Assembly (NCBI RefSeq): GCF_021869535.1
Contig: NW_026262668.1
Location: 67,394,001 to 67,458,000, forward strand
Direction of reading: 5' to 3'
Length of the DNA stretch: 64,000 nucleotides
Source: Mytilus californianus
Lineage: Eukaryota
Positions 62,812 through 64,000 of the stretch are shown here, in pieces (within the stretch, counting starts at the first letter, position 1; each line of letters opens with the position of its first letter). The translations under genes were made by a program, and so were the position numbers. The notes under the pieces are model-generated. The model was not told the DNA's origin, ran no database searches, and was given only the letters and a program-made list of their open reading frames with translations.

Positions 62812-63899
62812 CACGGGTGTCATTCGGTTTATCGAGAAAAAAGATCGTGAAAGAATACCTAACGGTGGTTAAGTATTACGACTGGATCGTGGAAGCTCTA
62901 GTATAGGATCGTGAATTCAATCTTATCGAGAAGACGTATGCAAGTTCAGTTAATAATCTAATATAATGAATTATACGGACAAATTATAAGAAAATAAAAC
63001 TGTCTGTCAAAATGGTTCAACATAATCATCAGTATCTGAGAAAAAAAGTAAACCGTTGTTACAAAACTATAAAAGGCAGATTGCTCCTCGACATTTCAAT
63101 GACATTAAATATGTAAACAAACAAGATTTTTGTTATAATTCGAATGACTAAACAATTTTTCTTTGAAAAATGTCATTCCATTTTAATGATTCAAATGGTT
63201 CTGATTTTTGGTAAAATTTCTGAAGATTACAAGTAAACAACTATTATAGGTAATAAGCGCAAATTTCTTGTCAGTTTTGTTCAGGTTTATCAAAGTTAAA
63301 AGCGCAAATGTCCTTTAGTGTTACAGGTAAAAACAAACACAAACGTCCTGCGTCTATCTGGTCATGCATTGTCTGTCACGATCGCGATAATGCGTTGCCC
63401 AGTCTTTCACGATCAATTCTTATAAAAAAAACCCTACAAAATCCAGTGTTTTAAAAAAACCAAAATGAACGGTTTCAAGGAAAAAAATCTTTTATTTTAT
63501 TGTATTATCGGTCACACCAAAGATTCAGTTTCAAATATATCATTATATATTGGAATGTAGTCATTATAGGTGCAAAATGTGTTCTTTTTTTTAATATATC
63601 CCATAGACTTGTGATGCACCTTTTGTGTTTTCTCCTAAACTACTGCATATTTTATTTATCTTACTGCACAGTATTATTGAGAAAGTTGAATCATTTTGAC
63701 AGATTTTTAAAAAAATCGAATTTGTTCCGCGTTTTGAAAAAACAACAGATTTTTCAAAGATTTTGATGTAAAATTTCAATTACTTAGTAATTACCTTCAC
63801 GATCCGATACCTGATCTTTCACGATTCTATCGCAATGCGTGACCACCTTTAGATATTCTTTCACGATCATTTCTCTCGATAAACCGAAAGACACTCGTG
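62812..63899. mobile_element. Transib-like non-autonomous element (1088 bp)
   Basis: TIRs of about 60 bp, CACGGGTGTCATTCGGTTTATCGAG / CTCGATAAACCGAAAGACACTCGTG; 5-bp TSD ATGTC at 62807-11 and 63900-04. Confidence 0.8.
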
Positions 63900-64000
63900 A
63901 TGTCAGTACTACATGAAATTTAATAATGCTCGCTGAAATTTAATTTATTGTGAGTAAACATAATGTGGAAAGAAAAGTTTTTTGAATATTTAGGAACTTT

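Noticed and set aside
1-64000. tRNA, rRNA or prokaryotic/phage origin of the window
   Set aside because: No cloverleaf or rRNA seen. Spliceosomal introns and metazoan TEs surround and interrupt the phage-like gene, which argues against contamination.

Overview
AT-rich eukaryotic genomic DNA with spliceosomal introns. The repeat families resemble those I associate with bivalve molluscs (probably a Mytilus mussel; inference). Three host genes can be reconstructed by hand from GT-AG junctions. Two are tandem 3-exon PMP22/EMP/MP20/claudin-superfamily tetraspan paralogues on + (1160-15734, 164 aa; 18148-21102, 168 aa). The third is a convergent, intron-containing phage-type (GH24/T4-like) lysozyme gene on - (exons 39608-39507, 25583-25453, 24767-24486; 5' exon unresolved). 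The most striking structure is a 13,095-bp foldback-type element (25800-38894) with a 9-bp target duplication (ATAATGATG), lying in a lysozyme intron. Its inverted arms are built from 178-bp satellite arrays (about 24 and 13 copies). Its symmetry axis is at about 30900, and a 4.7-kb block of BEL/Pao retrotransposon pieces sits in the right arm. The rest is a dense TE mosaic: Helentron-type elements with internal satellites, CryptonV-like palindromes, a Harbinger pseudogene, an internally deleted ISL2EU-like element, Penelope-like RTs, hAT remnants, SINE-like copies and a Transib-like MITE. There is also one unexplained 249-aa ORF (49179-49928). All family assignments come from motif recognition; no database searches were run.
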